Assembly (NCBI GenBank): GCA_051294905.1
Contig: CM119385.1
Span: 8,060,001-8,124,000, forward strand
From: Botryllus schlosseri
Taxonomy: Eukaryota
DNA length: 64,000 bases
Direction of reading: 5' to 3'
In this document: in pieces, positions 35,452 through 49,300 of the stretch
Numbering within the stretch: position 1 is the first letter of the stretch
Layout of the letters: every line of letters starts with the position of its first letter
Notes under the pieces: model-generated
Database searches by the model: none
The model's input: the letters and a program-made list of their open reading frames with translations, nothing else
What the model was told of the DNA's origin: nothing
Translations under genes and position numbers: made by a program

Positions 35452-37145
35452 CGATTACGATTACAGCAAAATCAGGAAGTAGTCGATTACGATTATATTG
35501 GAAAAGTAATCACGATTACACACGATTACATTTTGCTTCTTAGAACTAACCTTGGAAGATATATTGAAATACAATATAAGGATTTCAATGAAAAGGCCTA
35601 ATGAGAAAAGAACTACTTTCTTCATAAATGATGCGTCATCTGCTTGTTACGCCACAATGCACCCATTGCCAACTTTATAGGGGACGATTTATCGCACCCA
35701 ACGATTTGAATTCTCGCCAGGTCCGTAACTGCCGCACCCCCAAATCCGCAATAGGGTGAGGAGCGAGCTCGAAGGGGACTCAAAAGTATTTCGTAAACCA
35801 ACATAAAGTATTTACGAGAGATTTTATTAACTTGAAAATTTTCTTCGAGCTTGGCGATTCAAATGTCTCGAGATAGCTTGATTTTGAAATGCATACCCCG
35901 TCAAGAAAAAAGGAATGCATAATTTATAGGAATAGGAATTTCGGTGCCGGTCATTACGGCACTACGACACACCAAAAGACATATGCAGTTTCGGCCAACA
36001 TGCGACCCCACGAAGAGTGATAATAAAGAAAGACCTTGGCTGAAAATTAGGGTATGTGTCCATTGTCAATAGCAGCGCCTGACTAATAGTCCGGTCCTTC
36101 CAATCCGAGCCCACAATCCAAAATCCACCTTTGGCACCCACAGAGGAATAAAGACATCACAATTTGTGTGTGCGTCTCTCGAAAGTTTTTCTTTTAGCGT
36201 GCTACGTTTGGGCGACCACAATATCTTTTTAATATTTAACAGACCGGAAGTTACGAATTAACAACATACAATAAAGTAATTATAACAACATACCAGAGAT
36301 GTTTTAATTATGAATTAAGTGCCCCCAGCTCTACAGGTAAATCTGACCATCGGGCGCTGAGAAAGGATTTATAAGGAATAGTAGCATATAATGCGATTAC
36401 CAATATTATAATTGACAAAAAGTCTTCAACTTGAAAATTGATCACCCTATGGGGACCCAAGACCAACGCTTGCATGGGGTGGGGAACGAATAGCTGTTTT
36501 GGTACTGATTCTAGCTACAACCCACGCTAACATTGTATACAAGCGGATGGCTGTGGCGACAGGTACAAATGTAAAGAATGATGAAATAACGATTGGCACC
36601 CGTTTCAAGTAGAGTCATATGAGAATAAGATAAAGTGAACATAAAATTCTTCCGTTAACTCAATACAGATGCTGCAAGCTGCCGCTACGAGAAACGGCAA
36701 AGAACGGCTCGTTTATGATATAAGCAGTTGTTGATTTTAAATGCTGCGTTGTGGAAACCGTACTGTTTTATTTGACAAGTGCAAAATTTCAAATCTTTGT
36801 CCGGTGTACGTACGTACATAGGCCTACTGCTCGCCAAGCAGCAACGGTCAAACTGGGTTTAACTAAGCATAACCAAACATCAATACATAAGTTGGAAAGT
36901 AGGCAGAGCAGTGATTATTATTCTGCTGCGAGGTAGTGGCATATGGAGCGTCTTGATAACCTGATATAGCCTACAGCACGGCGGGTGTTCTTACAATCAC
37001 ACTACAATGTACGTACATCGAATATCTATTTACTATGTGTGGATACTTCTTACGAAATGAGGAGCAAAGCTAAATACTTCTGAAGTAATAATGACAATGG
37101 CGGTTGAAAATTTGACGATTGCGCTATCACTAACCTAGTAAAATA

Positions 37146-37411
37146 CAGAGGTGGTCAGTAACGAAGTACTTCTACTTTTTGAAGTACCTGAAGTAGATTT
37201 TGCCTGCTCAAACTACTTTTTAAGTAATTATGATTTTAGACTACTTCTACTTCTACTTGACAGTTTTCAGTTTTGTAGGCAAAAATAAGCGTAGAATACC
37301 TACTTACTTACTTACTTGTGAACCACAACTCTTACTTCTACTTGAGTAGAAATTCCGGTGTTACTTCTACTTCTACTTGAGTAGCGACGGTGACTACTTT
37401 GACCACCTCTG
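37146..37411. mobile_element. hAT-type MITE (TACTTC-rich) nested in 34792-37636
   Basis: TIR cagaggtggtca...tgaccacctctg, with a perfect TSD gtaaaata (37138-37145 and 37412-37419). Confidence 0.92.
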
Positions 37412-40367
37412 GTAAAATATATCTTCCTTGTTCACGAATGTTCAGTTTATGTCATAGTCCTTGAACAAATAGAAAGTAATCGTTCTTTCACAAAGAAATC
37501 GATTCGATATGGGAAGTAGTCAATTACGATTACTTTGGATTTTTTTCGAATGTAATCGATTGCGATTACGATTACTTGAAAATGCTGTAATCGTCGTAAT
37601 CGATTACGATTACTAATCGCGATTATCCCATGTCTGCTGTGCATGTGCAGTGCGTTGTGCATGTATCGTATAGGAATTTATAGATCGTCTGGGTTCCGTT
37701 AATGTGTCCGTGAGCATCGCTGTTATGAGGTTCGTGTGTCGTATTAATATAATATTATAACCGCATAGACTTGTGGTGTTGTTAGTCTCGCCGTATATTT
37801 TGAGTGATCGTTGAGCAATTGAACATGCAATGCAGGTGGCAGTCGCAAAGAGACGAGATCCCGAGCCCAGTAACACACCCGCGATCCCATTATCGCTACG
37901 AGTATACGCCGTAACGGGGTAGCTACAGATAAATCTCCTCCAACCAACATACCAACGAAATAACCGAGCTCCCCCGCTAATTATGGGTTTAGGGTGCGAT
38001 ATTTACGGCCATGGAAAATCGTATAATTCTTCTCTAGGCCTACATCTACAGTTCCACTCGCGTAGCGACATTCAATGATCCAATCCCCGCATCCACTGTG
38101 TGATTGGGGTTTTCGTACCACTAGGGGGGGGGGAATGATATTACCATTTGGGCTCGCTTCAAACAACTCTTTGGTGAATGGGATAATACAGAAAATTGGA
38201 GAAAGCATTTTTTTAATATGCTAGCTGTACGTACAATGAACCGGTAGCCTACATAGTATGTCTTGTAGGCCTACCTATTGAAGTTGCGATATCAGATCAT
38301 TAAATCCAATGATACAAAAAAGTCATGTTACTCTTACATTGTGTACAATAGGGCTCTTCAAAGATGACTTTTTTTCTCAAATCGTACTGGCTACTTGATG
38401 AAATTGTTAGGTTACCGAATTTAAGCCTACAAACAAAATTTGATTCAATTCCAGCCAGTAACCGCTTTGCTACAGGAGAAGTAAGTTTATATTTATTATA
38501 TAAAAATAAATAATAAAAATTTTGAAAATTTTCTGTTTACCCCACTATCTGCGGGATGCTTATAAATAACGCAGTGTACATAATTGCAGGGGCGTCGCCA
38601 GGGTATCTCGGGGGTAGAGTTTGAGAACAACTGTTAACCACTGTTCTAGATGGTGGTCCTGATTAGTATTTAGCATTCAACTAGGCTACGTTGCAGCCTT
38701 GTTCATCCTTATTTCAACAGGCCAGAAGGGGCCAACATGCTGCAGACGTACGGTCGCAGGCAGCCATTAAACGATAATTATGCGGCCCTCAACACATATG
38801 GTTAAATTAGCATGTGTTGGCGACCGTTAATATGCAATTTGAATTAAAGAAGTAGTCTGCAAATTTATGAGATTTTCAACTTGAAAATTGTATTCGCGCT
38901 TGGCGTTACTCAGGATGACTTGGATTTGTCGTTTTTAATGTAATAGTGTGATCTGGGCCCCACTGTGCAAATGCAAGCCGCAGAGGAAAATGATAAAGAC
39001 ATACCTAGTCGGAATCGTGTGCGTCTCACGAATGAAGGTTTTTCTCGTACGTTTGGCCGATTCCAATATATATTTCGACAATATACCTACAATTCTGATG
39101 ATGGAAGGTTAAGAAAATGCAACAAAGTGATTAATAGAAACCGGAAGATGCATCTTCATTAATTTTGTTCCGATTGGGCTCCATCAGGTCTATTAGTTTA
39201 ATCTGATCACGTGCGGTAAGTATGGATAAATATGTGACAGTAATATATGGAACAACCAATATTATCGACGAAATAAATTTGCCAGGTGTAACATTTTTTC
39301 GCGCTCCGAGCGACTATAATGGTAATCTACATGGAGTGATGGAACAGATCACCATAAGCGTTCTCCGCGGTGCGAAGTTTCCAGTAACCAATTTAACATC
39401 AGTAATGAGTATATGACGTCCAAATTTGGCCACGACGACTCCCCACCGGAATGCGGCCGTATGCTATGTATGGAATCGAAGCCGTGAATAACAAGGAGGT
39501 TGAACTTCCCCCTGAATTAGGCTTTCTATACAAAATCAGTGATTTATCTGATCAGGGGTGTACGAGTTTTAAGCAAACGGTAAAAGGGTGTACCACGACG
39601 AAAAAGGTTGAAGGGCATTGATCTATGGTACCATACATGATGTAAAAGAAACTCGACGAGAAGGTAAGCCTTTCATGTTGACTATTCGCAATCGGACGAA
39701 TTCAATAATCGTATGCGTAACGGAAGGTTTTACGGCAACAGTTTCGATATTTCACTGCAATGATGGTTTCATCTATCGTAAAATGTCGAAGTCGACATGA
39801 ATTTTATCTATGCCAGACTAAACTTACAAACAGAGAGCAGTTTTCTCAGCTTTCCTGTCTTATTTTGATTCAGTTAACGTTCTGCAATAAAATCAAATCT
39901 TCCATTCAGAAATATGTACTGAGACAGACGGACAGAATGTGACAAAATAACGTATATATGCACAAAATTGTACGTTTGATTGGGTTCCAAAGTCATGGTT
40001 CAAGAAGATGAAAAATATGTAATTTCGACGAGCGATGAAACATTTAATGTCCCTACCATTTAATGATTTCAAGTAAACATTAGTTAGTTTAATATTCTTC
40101 ATACCGCCAAGTGGTTCCCTTCGTTCGGTCACAGAGTTCATCAATATTAATGACGGTGACCAGCTGTCGACTAGACATATCAGAGAATCGAGCCACAAGC
40201 GCAGTTAATGTACATAATCAATAACACTAAACATAAAATACAAAAGATTGTACTGGATGAACACTGAACACGTGAACAGTCTTTTAACACCAAAAAATCG
40301 TTCGTGATCTCCAGCATGTAGTAGACATGTACAAATTATATAGAATACATTACTGATCCTCTTCACT

Positions 40368-43300
40368 TTAAAAAACAAAGAACAAGAGCAATAAGGAGAA
40401 GATTTTGAATTTGGCTGACCAAGGCAAAGAAGTGATCAAGATATACATTATAATCAGCAATACCGTAGCTTCCAGGACCTGAAATACAGAAAGTAAACAG
40501 TATGCCAGATTTAATCAAGGTACTCTCGTAAGTGCGTATACTATTAAAATCAAGACAATACGTTTTCAATTTCATTTTGCGAATAAAATTTAAGAGAAAC
40601 AGTATCTGCATAGAAATTACCGGGGAAGAAAATTCGATGGTTGGAGCTAGCTATCCTAGTATTGTAGTCAAGATGGGGATTTGAACGGTCGATAAAAATT
40701 ACCAATGTGATGTGACGTTTTAGTTAGCCATGTGACGTCACAGATAGATTGCGGAGTAACAGAAAGTGATGCCACTACGCGTCAAATTCAAAATTTAAAG
40801 TGATAATCATAATAATAGCATCGTATGTCAGCTATATGCGAAATACGACATCGAAACGACTATAGTTACTGTATACCAGGCGTGACCATAACCTTTTCTG
40901 CAAAAGGGCCACATGCAATTCACGAGTTATTACGAAAGTCACAAGCCGCGCGAAGCGCGAAATTTTATCAAAATTTTTGAATGAGCTAGGTCAATAATAT
41001 CGTTACTTGAGTATAGTGCGAGTCTGCTGTATATCGCGGGGCTCAGTTTGCAAGGACATGACTATTCGGCACCAGGACATATCGATATCAAAAGCGTTGG
41101 CCAACATGCGTCATTCAATTTGTACCTATATGTTTCATCGTCGACGGTCTTTCTGCGAGCGCAAACGCAAAGTCACTTGTTGGACGAGACTTTTCTCTCT
41201 TAATTCCGAACATAGACTCCATATGGTAAATTATGCGTTGTGTTCATTTTCAGGAGGGAGTACCAATATTAAAAGCAAAGAATCGAGTGACAACATATCG
41301 CGCGAAGCGTGAAGAAAAATTTTACTTCGGCTAAATCTGCCGCAAAATATTATATTTTATTGTAATGCACGAATATCGACCAAAATGTGACTGGCCCATG
41401 GATATGCAAATGCGTCGGAACTTCGGAACTGATAGTTTATTCATCAACATCCCAAGTGTTGCGGCCAATCAAATTTTTGGTTGGCCTTGCAAGTTCATAA
41501 TCTAGGCAATCCATTTAAAAAAAAATAATATAACCAATTTCGAAAAATACCTCGCGGGCCACTCAAGACCTTCTCGAGGACCACTGGTTGGCCGCTCCTG
41601 CTGTATACAGTACAATAAGTCACATATATCATTTGGTCCTTTAAAGCGATTGATTACCTACTACTATACAGCACCAAATATATTATCTATTTTCATGCAA
41701 AATGCATTTCCACAGTGCTTACCTTGATACCGACATGATCTGATGTTCTTTGCCGCAATTTCAACTGGAAGGATCTGACAGTGCTCATGGAGATCAGGTC
41801 AAATCGGTCGGAGTGACTTCGATCATTTAATGTTGGTGAGTCATCTACTTCGATTCTATTTGTCATCGTATTTGCGTCGGTGTGACCGTGGAGATTCCAT
41901 TTCTGAATTTCGTGAGAGTGACCGTGCGTGAGAAGATCACTCTTATCGCTGTCTTCCGTTACAGAGATTTCCATGTCCCGTATATATTTTTGCAAAGATT
42001 TTGCCAACTTCGACAATTGTTGTTTCTGAATCACCCCACAATTCGATTTGGATTTGGCATCCAGCATTGCCTTACCACGCAATTCCATAGCTGCATCAAT
42101 CGCATCGACATTTACGACGCTGTCCATGGACTCAGCAATGGTTCTAACGTGAGCCAACTGCTTCCTCATCTCTTCAAGGAGCAGTGAATGAGGCGGCATT
42201 GGAGAAGCTTTCGGCAGAGGCGCAGTTTCAGAAGTGACGCTGGATAAAGTGATGGATTTTTCGGTGCTAGCGATTGGTGATATTGTCTGAACGATTGCCT
42301 CTTTCGTTTCCAGCTTTCCACCTCCTATAGATCTACCGACTTCCGACCCGTCAGCATCATAAGAACCACCAACACAAAGATTTCCATCTGTGGATACCCC
42401 GATTGATCTCATCTCACTCAGAAACAACGACGTTGGTCGGTGACTACTTGTTCCCACAGCAATGTCAATAGTTTTTGACCATTTCGATTTTCTGCATTTA
42501 TGACAAACTCTTTTGCGGCTATATGCCGCGCTACTCGATCTTGATCCTGCAAAAGTCTGCAGTCAAATATTCTTTGAACACAAAATACGTAAAATTGTAT
42601 GTTCGTTTACCATACCGAAAGTAGCATTAACTTTGGCTGTTGGACTCATCTGCAGACCCACCGATTGGTTTTGGCAATCGGGAGACAGGGGCATCCCAAC
42701 ATCAGACAAAGTACGCGACAGGGACAGCTGACTTCGACTGAGAGACGGGGACATAAGTGACACAGGACGCATCATTCTTTCCACTTGTTGCCTTTCATCT
42801 GAAGACTGAAATATGAATGATGAAAACGCAAAAATATCAATACAGCATTGACTGGTCAGGTAAGTAAAACGCTTAAGAACCTCGTACGACCGGAAAACGG
42901 AGTTATCATCAGCAAATACGCTTTCGCTGCTTCGCGGAACTCGTAGAACTATACCGACATCTTGCGGCGAATCAGCTGAAGTGGAGCTGGAATGCAGTTG
43001 GCGGTGTACAGCTTGCTTGTACCGCAGAAGCTCAGCTATGAAAGTTTCGAACGTTAGTTATTGCCTAGTTTCTATATTCTCAAAATGAATATGGTACTAC
43101 CGGCCAGTTTTTGATTTTCTATTTCCATTTCATCCAAAGCCAGCCGGAGCGATTCCCGTTCATCTTCTAGAAACTGAAGATCACTGACGCTAGGATTTCT
43201 CCTCATTGCCTCTTTTGCCATTGAATCCTACAATGTCACATCGATCAAGGTTTGAATAAATAACTCAACAAGATTAACAAATTACTTTCTGTGCGATTAG

Positions 43301-46300
43301 TTTAACCATGTTGTCATTTTCGAGTTGCACTTCGATCAATTTTCGTGCCAGCACACCCGATTGATCTTCCGCCAACTTCAATCGTAGTTTCAGGTCTGTT
43401 TGCTGAGTCCCGCCTGGCGCAGGTGCGCTAGGTAAATCCCCGTAGAGATCCTGATACTTATCCAACTCATCTTTGAGGCCATCCTACATATAACGGAACA
43501 ATATCGCCAGACATACATTATCATCTAGTTCAGTGTTTATCAACCTATTTTGTGCCGCGGAGTAGGCCTACTTTATGCATTACGAAATCCTCGCGGACAC
43601 CGAATGGAATATCATTATGGCGTAATAAAGATGAACACGGAAACAATTTATTCACCTTCAGCTGTTCAATTATAGATAACTAACCTACGTATGTTAGTTG
43701 CCTATAGTTCAATGCGATATCTTGACTTGTTTGAATACGCAATACGCATGTAAAATACATTCTTTGGTATCAAATTTTGAATGAAATACTCGTAGACAGC
43801 GTCTCATTTCAAATTCAGTATGCGACTTGGAGACAAATATTTCAACAAAAGATTTACTTTTCCAATTAGTTTGTAACATCCAGTTCCACGCTTATCTCAC
43901 TATTTTTTCCAAAAGGCTTTCACCAGAATTAATTTCATACAATAATGGAAAGATTTACCAATTTTTACATTGCCCTTATAATCAAGTTGACAATCACATG
44001 ACAATTGATTTTCTACCCCAACGATTTGCATCATATCCATACAAAGCGGTTCGTTATGTGGAAAGTTTTCCCGACTTTTGAAGTCACAAAGTTGAAGGGA
44101 TAGCTATTACTTATATAAATCATCAATAGGTTTTACAAATCACTGGAAATTTGTTCCTACGTATTTTATGCAATGTTATATGTTGTATACTATTGGGAAA
44201 TTCCGATTTCCGGAAATTCCGGGCCACATTAAAAAAGAGTTAGGGCCGCCAGCTCCCCCTTTTGCTTTGCAAACATAGCTATTCGACCCTGTACGTATCG
44301 CGGAGTATGATAGCATCAATGGTACAGTGCATTGTAATGAAAGAGCGACAGGGCCTTAAGTATATAAAATATCTTATAATTGAGTGGCAATAAGTGCAAC
44401 AATAAATCACGACCAGGCAGTCGATCTGGTGTTACTGGATCCAACTATACCTAAATAAACGAACAGCTATTTGCGTTTGCTGTGAATCATATCGTTTTGC
44501 TCTACCTCTAGGATAAGAGTATAAAATGAGCAAATCATCAAGTTTCTCGGCGAACACCGGTGGAAAATCACGGATCAAGTTAACACTGATGTAAAATTAC
44601 CCGATCTTTTTGCATATCCACAAGTCGTCTTATAAGCACTGCTTCCTTTTCATCCATGAACTGCATTTGTCTTTTAACCTCCGAAGTGCTGTCAGATGAC
44701 ACACAGACCTCCGAACTTTCCGAGATTATGCAAGGAGAAGGAGCATGTAGACTCATTTGATCGATCTGCAGTGATAAATTGACCAAAATGCGTAATTATG
44801 TACTTGTACACGTTCTACTAGCGATGCTGCTGATGCACTATGACATACGCAGCTAGAAAATTTAGTACGTGATTCTGAAGCTTTGTTGCCTGCTGACTCA
44901 ACGCCTCCTTCGCTGTTTGGACAGTCACCATCCGATGTCGAAGTTCGAGATTTTCTTTTTCCAACTAGAATGATGTTTCGTATTCGTTAAAATCACACAT
45001 GCAAAAATAAACGTCCTGAAATGACACGGAATGCTTATATGCTACATGTTATATGTTAGTACAATGTACAATGTACATTTGACGTACAGAGACCTGAACT
45101 GGCACAGGTAATCAGTTCAGGACATAAGCGACCTTTAAAATGCATCATTAATATTCAAACAATATTTCAGTGTACCATCGAAAGGGGAATAATATTTCAA
45201 TATTGGATACTGACAGTTATGCAAAGTTGCATATAACCGCGGACATGAAGTCGACATGATTGAGAACTTTACATTCCGTAGGCCTATACGAGTCCGATAG
45301 CCAAGAAGGTTCCCGCCCCCGTTTACGGCTTGATTGTGCAAATGCGAGATAATAATAGGCCAAAGCTATGCATAGTGCGGTATAGACTAGGATTTGCCAA
45401 GGAATATTCTTTTCGTGATAATTTTGTAATCATGTCGTTAGCACCCACTTTCAATTGTTTTGAGTCCACCGTCTGCAATTCCCAGTGCAGAGAAACCGCA
45501 ACCTGTCTGCTCAGTTTCAATTCCTCTTCCAACTCCTCTATTCTGTTTTTGTCAACTTTGTGCTTTTCAGCGCTGCGTTAACAAAAAATAAATATCAATT
45601 TGGCCATAGCGAGACAGAAGATATCTCGACACGGGTATCAGTTTTCATAAACGTTGATGATATGTGTAGTAGTACATGTACATTGTACAATTGTACATTG
45701 TACAGTACAATGTACGTACGTGCAATCGTGCATATGTGTCATTAGAGTTCAATGCAACCCCAGAGCTATGGTACATCGGTCTTTCAATGAAACAATCTCT
45801 ATGTATACTGCGATAGATTCTATAACCAATAACCAAGCAGGCAACTAAAGCTTCCCAACGAGGCTGATGAAAGTCACAATTGTCGTAGCGCCGTTGAGAA
45901 CAACAGTCTGGCACCGGGTGAACCAGGCTAGTGATTTGTTGCGCATTCCCCGGATGGATAAAAACGTACGCCGGATAGGTGCAGAATGATTTAATTGTAT
46001 GTGCCACTTACTTTTGCAGTCGATAATGTAAAATTCGGCAATATTTATTGGCTTGATTCAATTGCCTCTGGACTTGTCGCAAAAGAGTATCTTCCTCCCT
46101 CTCGAATTGATCGAAATAGTCGTAAAGCTCGCACATCTCCTCCTTCATATGTTCGATGTTGTCGATAAGAGCCAAAGCTTCAACGTTGACCTGGATAGTT
46201 TCAACAGAGCCTCTTATCAATCGGAGCGCAATGGCGCATGTAGCCTATTCAAAATTAGGAAGAGACGCATAGGCTCGTCAGGAAGTTCATTGCATTCCAA

Positions 46301-49300
46301 GCGATGTTCTCGTGGGCGCAGCCAGAATCGGAATTTCCAAGACGGCAAAATAATTCAATCATTGAATCCAAATACATAAAATGTCAACATTTTCAAATTT
46401 GGGAGTGTTCAGAGCGCCCGTTGTCACTTTTTGTTAAGCTGTTGATTGCTATAACCAGAAACAAAGTGGTGCATGGGCGTTGGGCAATTGCCAATTGGGC
46501 ATTGGGCATCCGAACGCATGTCTGGTAGGCAGAGTGAAACTTGAACTACCGTATATATGCAACTGCTTGCGATCGCACTCGATGAGCTAATTTGAAATTT
46601 AACCAGAAAAGCAGGCTATTGATGACATTCAGAAAAGTGAGTGAACTTAGACCCACCTAAAGGCAATAGCCAATACTATACATCGCTTCGGAGATATTCA
46701 AGTTGTAATCCAATGTAGCACCAGTATGACGCATCATATTGCTTAGTATTTACACATGCATATTGCACAATCCTTCCATTTATCAATTGCGTAAAACGAT
46801 GAACTGGATCCTGGCTACTTTAGAAACAATAGGGTAAACGTGAATTGTCAGGTTTCATTCGGGTGGCACTTCGACTGTCTATAGCAGGGGTCGGGAACCT
46901 ATGGCTCTTTGATAAATTTATAATTCGGTACATTATTCGCATCCTATTTAGCAACATTGCCGCAAGTTTTTGATAACGACTGGCATCATTGCTCTTGTGG
47001 TAGCATAACAGTGACGTGTCCTTGTAGGAGCTCTGAAACTCAAAATCTGGAAATTTATGCCAAATATTGGCTGCTGCTAATTGCTAAAAATCAGTCCAAT
47101 ATAATTTATTTTCCAGTAATAGCGGAAATCCGATACATTCATGTTATATATGCATAATTGCATACATAAATTAGACAAATCTAATCCGTGGAGTTCGATA
47201 TAAGAACTTTGCATTATGGCATGAACAAAGTTGCTTTCAATATTTTAACCAATATCATATCCCTGTGCCCAATATTGCACGCCTTGGAATCTTGCATTGC
47301 ACAATGCGTTGATTTACAGAGAGAATAGCATACATGGCGACGCCTGAACAACAATTGAAACAAAAAACACAACAAATATGCTTGCTGTGGTATACAATTG
47401 TTCGTTTCGCGTGAATATGTACGTACATTTTAATGCTTTAGGTTTCGAAAAATATCGTATGGCTCTAAAATAAAATTAAAAGTGTGAAGCTAGCAAAAGG
47501 TTCCCTACCCTTGTAGCTAAGATAACCTGTCCCATATCCCATGTCGTTCTTCATTATGTCGCATGCTCATTGCTCATTGCTCAAACGCCGGCTTGATTAG
47601 TGCGGGCGTTACAACACCCAGTGTATATAGACAGAAATATGGTGCACACCGCGAATCCCATGAAGTGAACTTCGATTTCGTGCCACCACGACGTCATGAA
47701 TTGTCAATTGTGACGTAATAGTGAATTGGAATAATTGTAAGACTCTTTCGAAATTACAATTGCAAATATAGGGTCAATATGGCCATTTTGACAATATGTT
47801 CCGCGCGGTCGACGAACGACATTTAGAGCATCTTCGTCACAATCAACCTTGAGAGACCGTCATAAATTATGCAACATAAGCGCAGTACAGCTATTGAAGG
47901 CAGCATGTGCAGCGCACATCCACAGTGTGGCTAAAGAGACTCATATACCCCGTCAAAGCTATTGCGACCGATCCTATGATATTACTTTGATTATATCGTT
48001 AAATTATTATTTATCAATGCGATGCCATCATAATATTATTTTTTTTTATATAATTTACTATGATCCGCATATTATTCGTTAAGTTCTTGAGATTAGCGGA
48101 ACATCAAACCAGAATTGAGGTATCTTCCTGGCAGTTTAACTTATTCTGACTTTGTGCCATCGCTACGAAACCAACGCATATATAGAAATGATATCTGACT
48201 GAATCCCATCCCATGGGACTATGGTAGACTACTTCGTATCATGTGATTTGAAATGACAGGCTTCATGGCAAACAATGTACCGTACAACCGTATATATACT
48301 GAAACCCAAAGGGAATATGCTCAATTGTTAAGTTCACCCAGGACGTATGCTTTATAAGTTTAAACTCGCGATGAAGCTTGCACAATGATACATCACTTTG
48401 AAATAGAAGTCAAATTCGATCAATATTTATTATCAGTTTCAAGTGCTGATTCATTATTACCTCGTCGTTGCCCTCAGTTCCTTCGATTTTTCGTCTTATC
48501 GAGGCTGCCTCCTCGCGAAACGTCAGCATGCGCGACTCCCATTCGTTGCGAAAGTAGAACCGCGACGGATCGCCATAATCCACCAACAAATTCCGGTCGG
48601 AAAGTTCGCTCACGTCGACGCTCAACTCCTCGAATGTACTCGATTCGTTTTCACCCTCGACAAGAACCAGTGAGCTTTTATCTTCCAACGAGTCCGGCGA
48701 AAAATCGTTCATCTGCGGTGTCTGCTTGGTATTGGATGTATATTGATTTGTGCCGGTCGCCGATTTCCTGGGATTGTTTAGACGGCGCTTGGCGATCTTA
48801 TCATCACGCTTGGGCTTGGCGGAAAGATCTTCTTTTCGAACTGCTACGATGCTGGAGGATACAACTATTTTTCTCTGCGGTGACAGCGCGGTCTTGCTTT
48901 TATCTAATGTTTCTCTAGTCAATGATTTTCGTCTTGATGGCGAGATGGCGATAGTTGATGACGACCTGCGAATATCGCCTATTTTTTTAGGTTGTACCCG
49001 CTCCCTTGAAGCAGTCGGCCGGGATATTTTCGCTTTATCTCCAGCGACTGCACGCATAATGCTAGGCGCTTTTGGAATCGGATGTCTACCTTTCGTGCTG
49101 GAGCTATCAATGATTGTAGCGCACGGAAGGATTTCCTGGGTATCTGGTCGCTGTCGGATTTCGCCGCCTGGTCCCTTCAGTGATTCGTTCTTGAACTTGT
49201 CAATGTCTACTACCTGCGATCCGTCAGGAATGGATTTCCTCAGATCAAGAGTCTTTTCCGCTCTGCGAAGGTTGGAGCGCCGTGGCAGTGTTTTTGATTC

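Larger units (their letters stand above)
34792..37636. mobile_element. Non-autonomous hAT-type element (GATTAC-rich family)
   Basis: TIR cagacatggg...cccatgtctg, with a perfect TSD ctgtgcat (34784-34791 and 37637-37644). Confidence 0.9.
34088..39620. mobile_element. hAT-type MITE expanded to 5.5 kb by nested insertions
   Basis: Ends cagtgctcttcaacc / ggttgaagggcattg, gggtgtacc subterminal motifs at both ends, and TSD atatatgg/atctatgg (7/8). Confidence 0.7.

Noticed and set aside
34800-35520. Dense GATTACGA and GACTCGAGTC repeats resembling a CRISPR or iteron array
   Set aside because: Spacing is irregular with no unique spacers, the context is eukaryotic, and the repeats are bounded by TIRs and 8-bp TSDs. 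They are MITE subterminal repeats.
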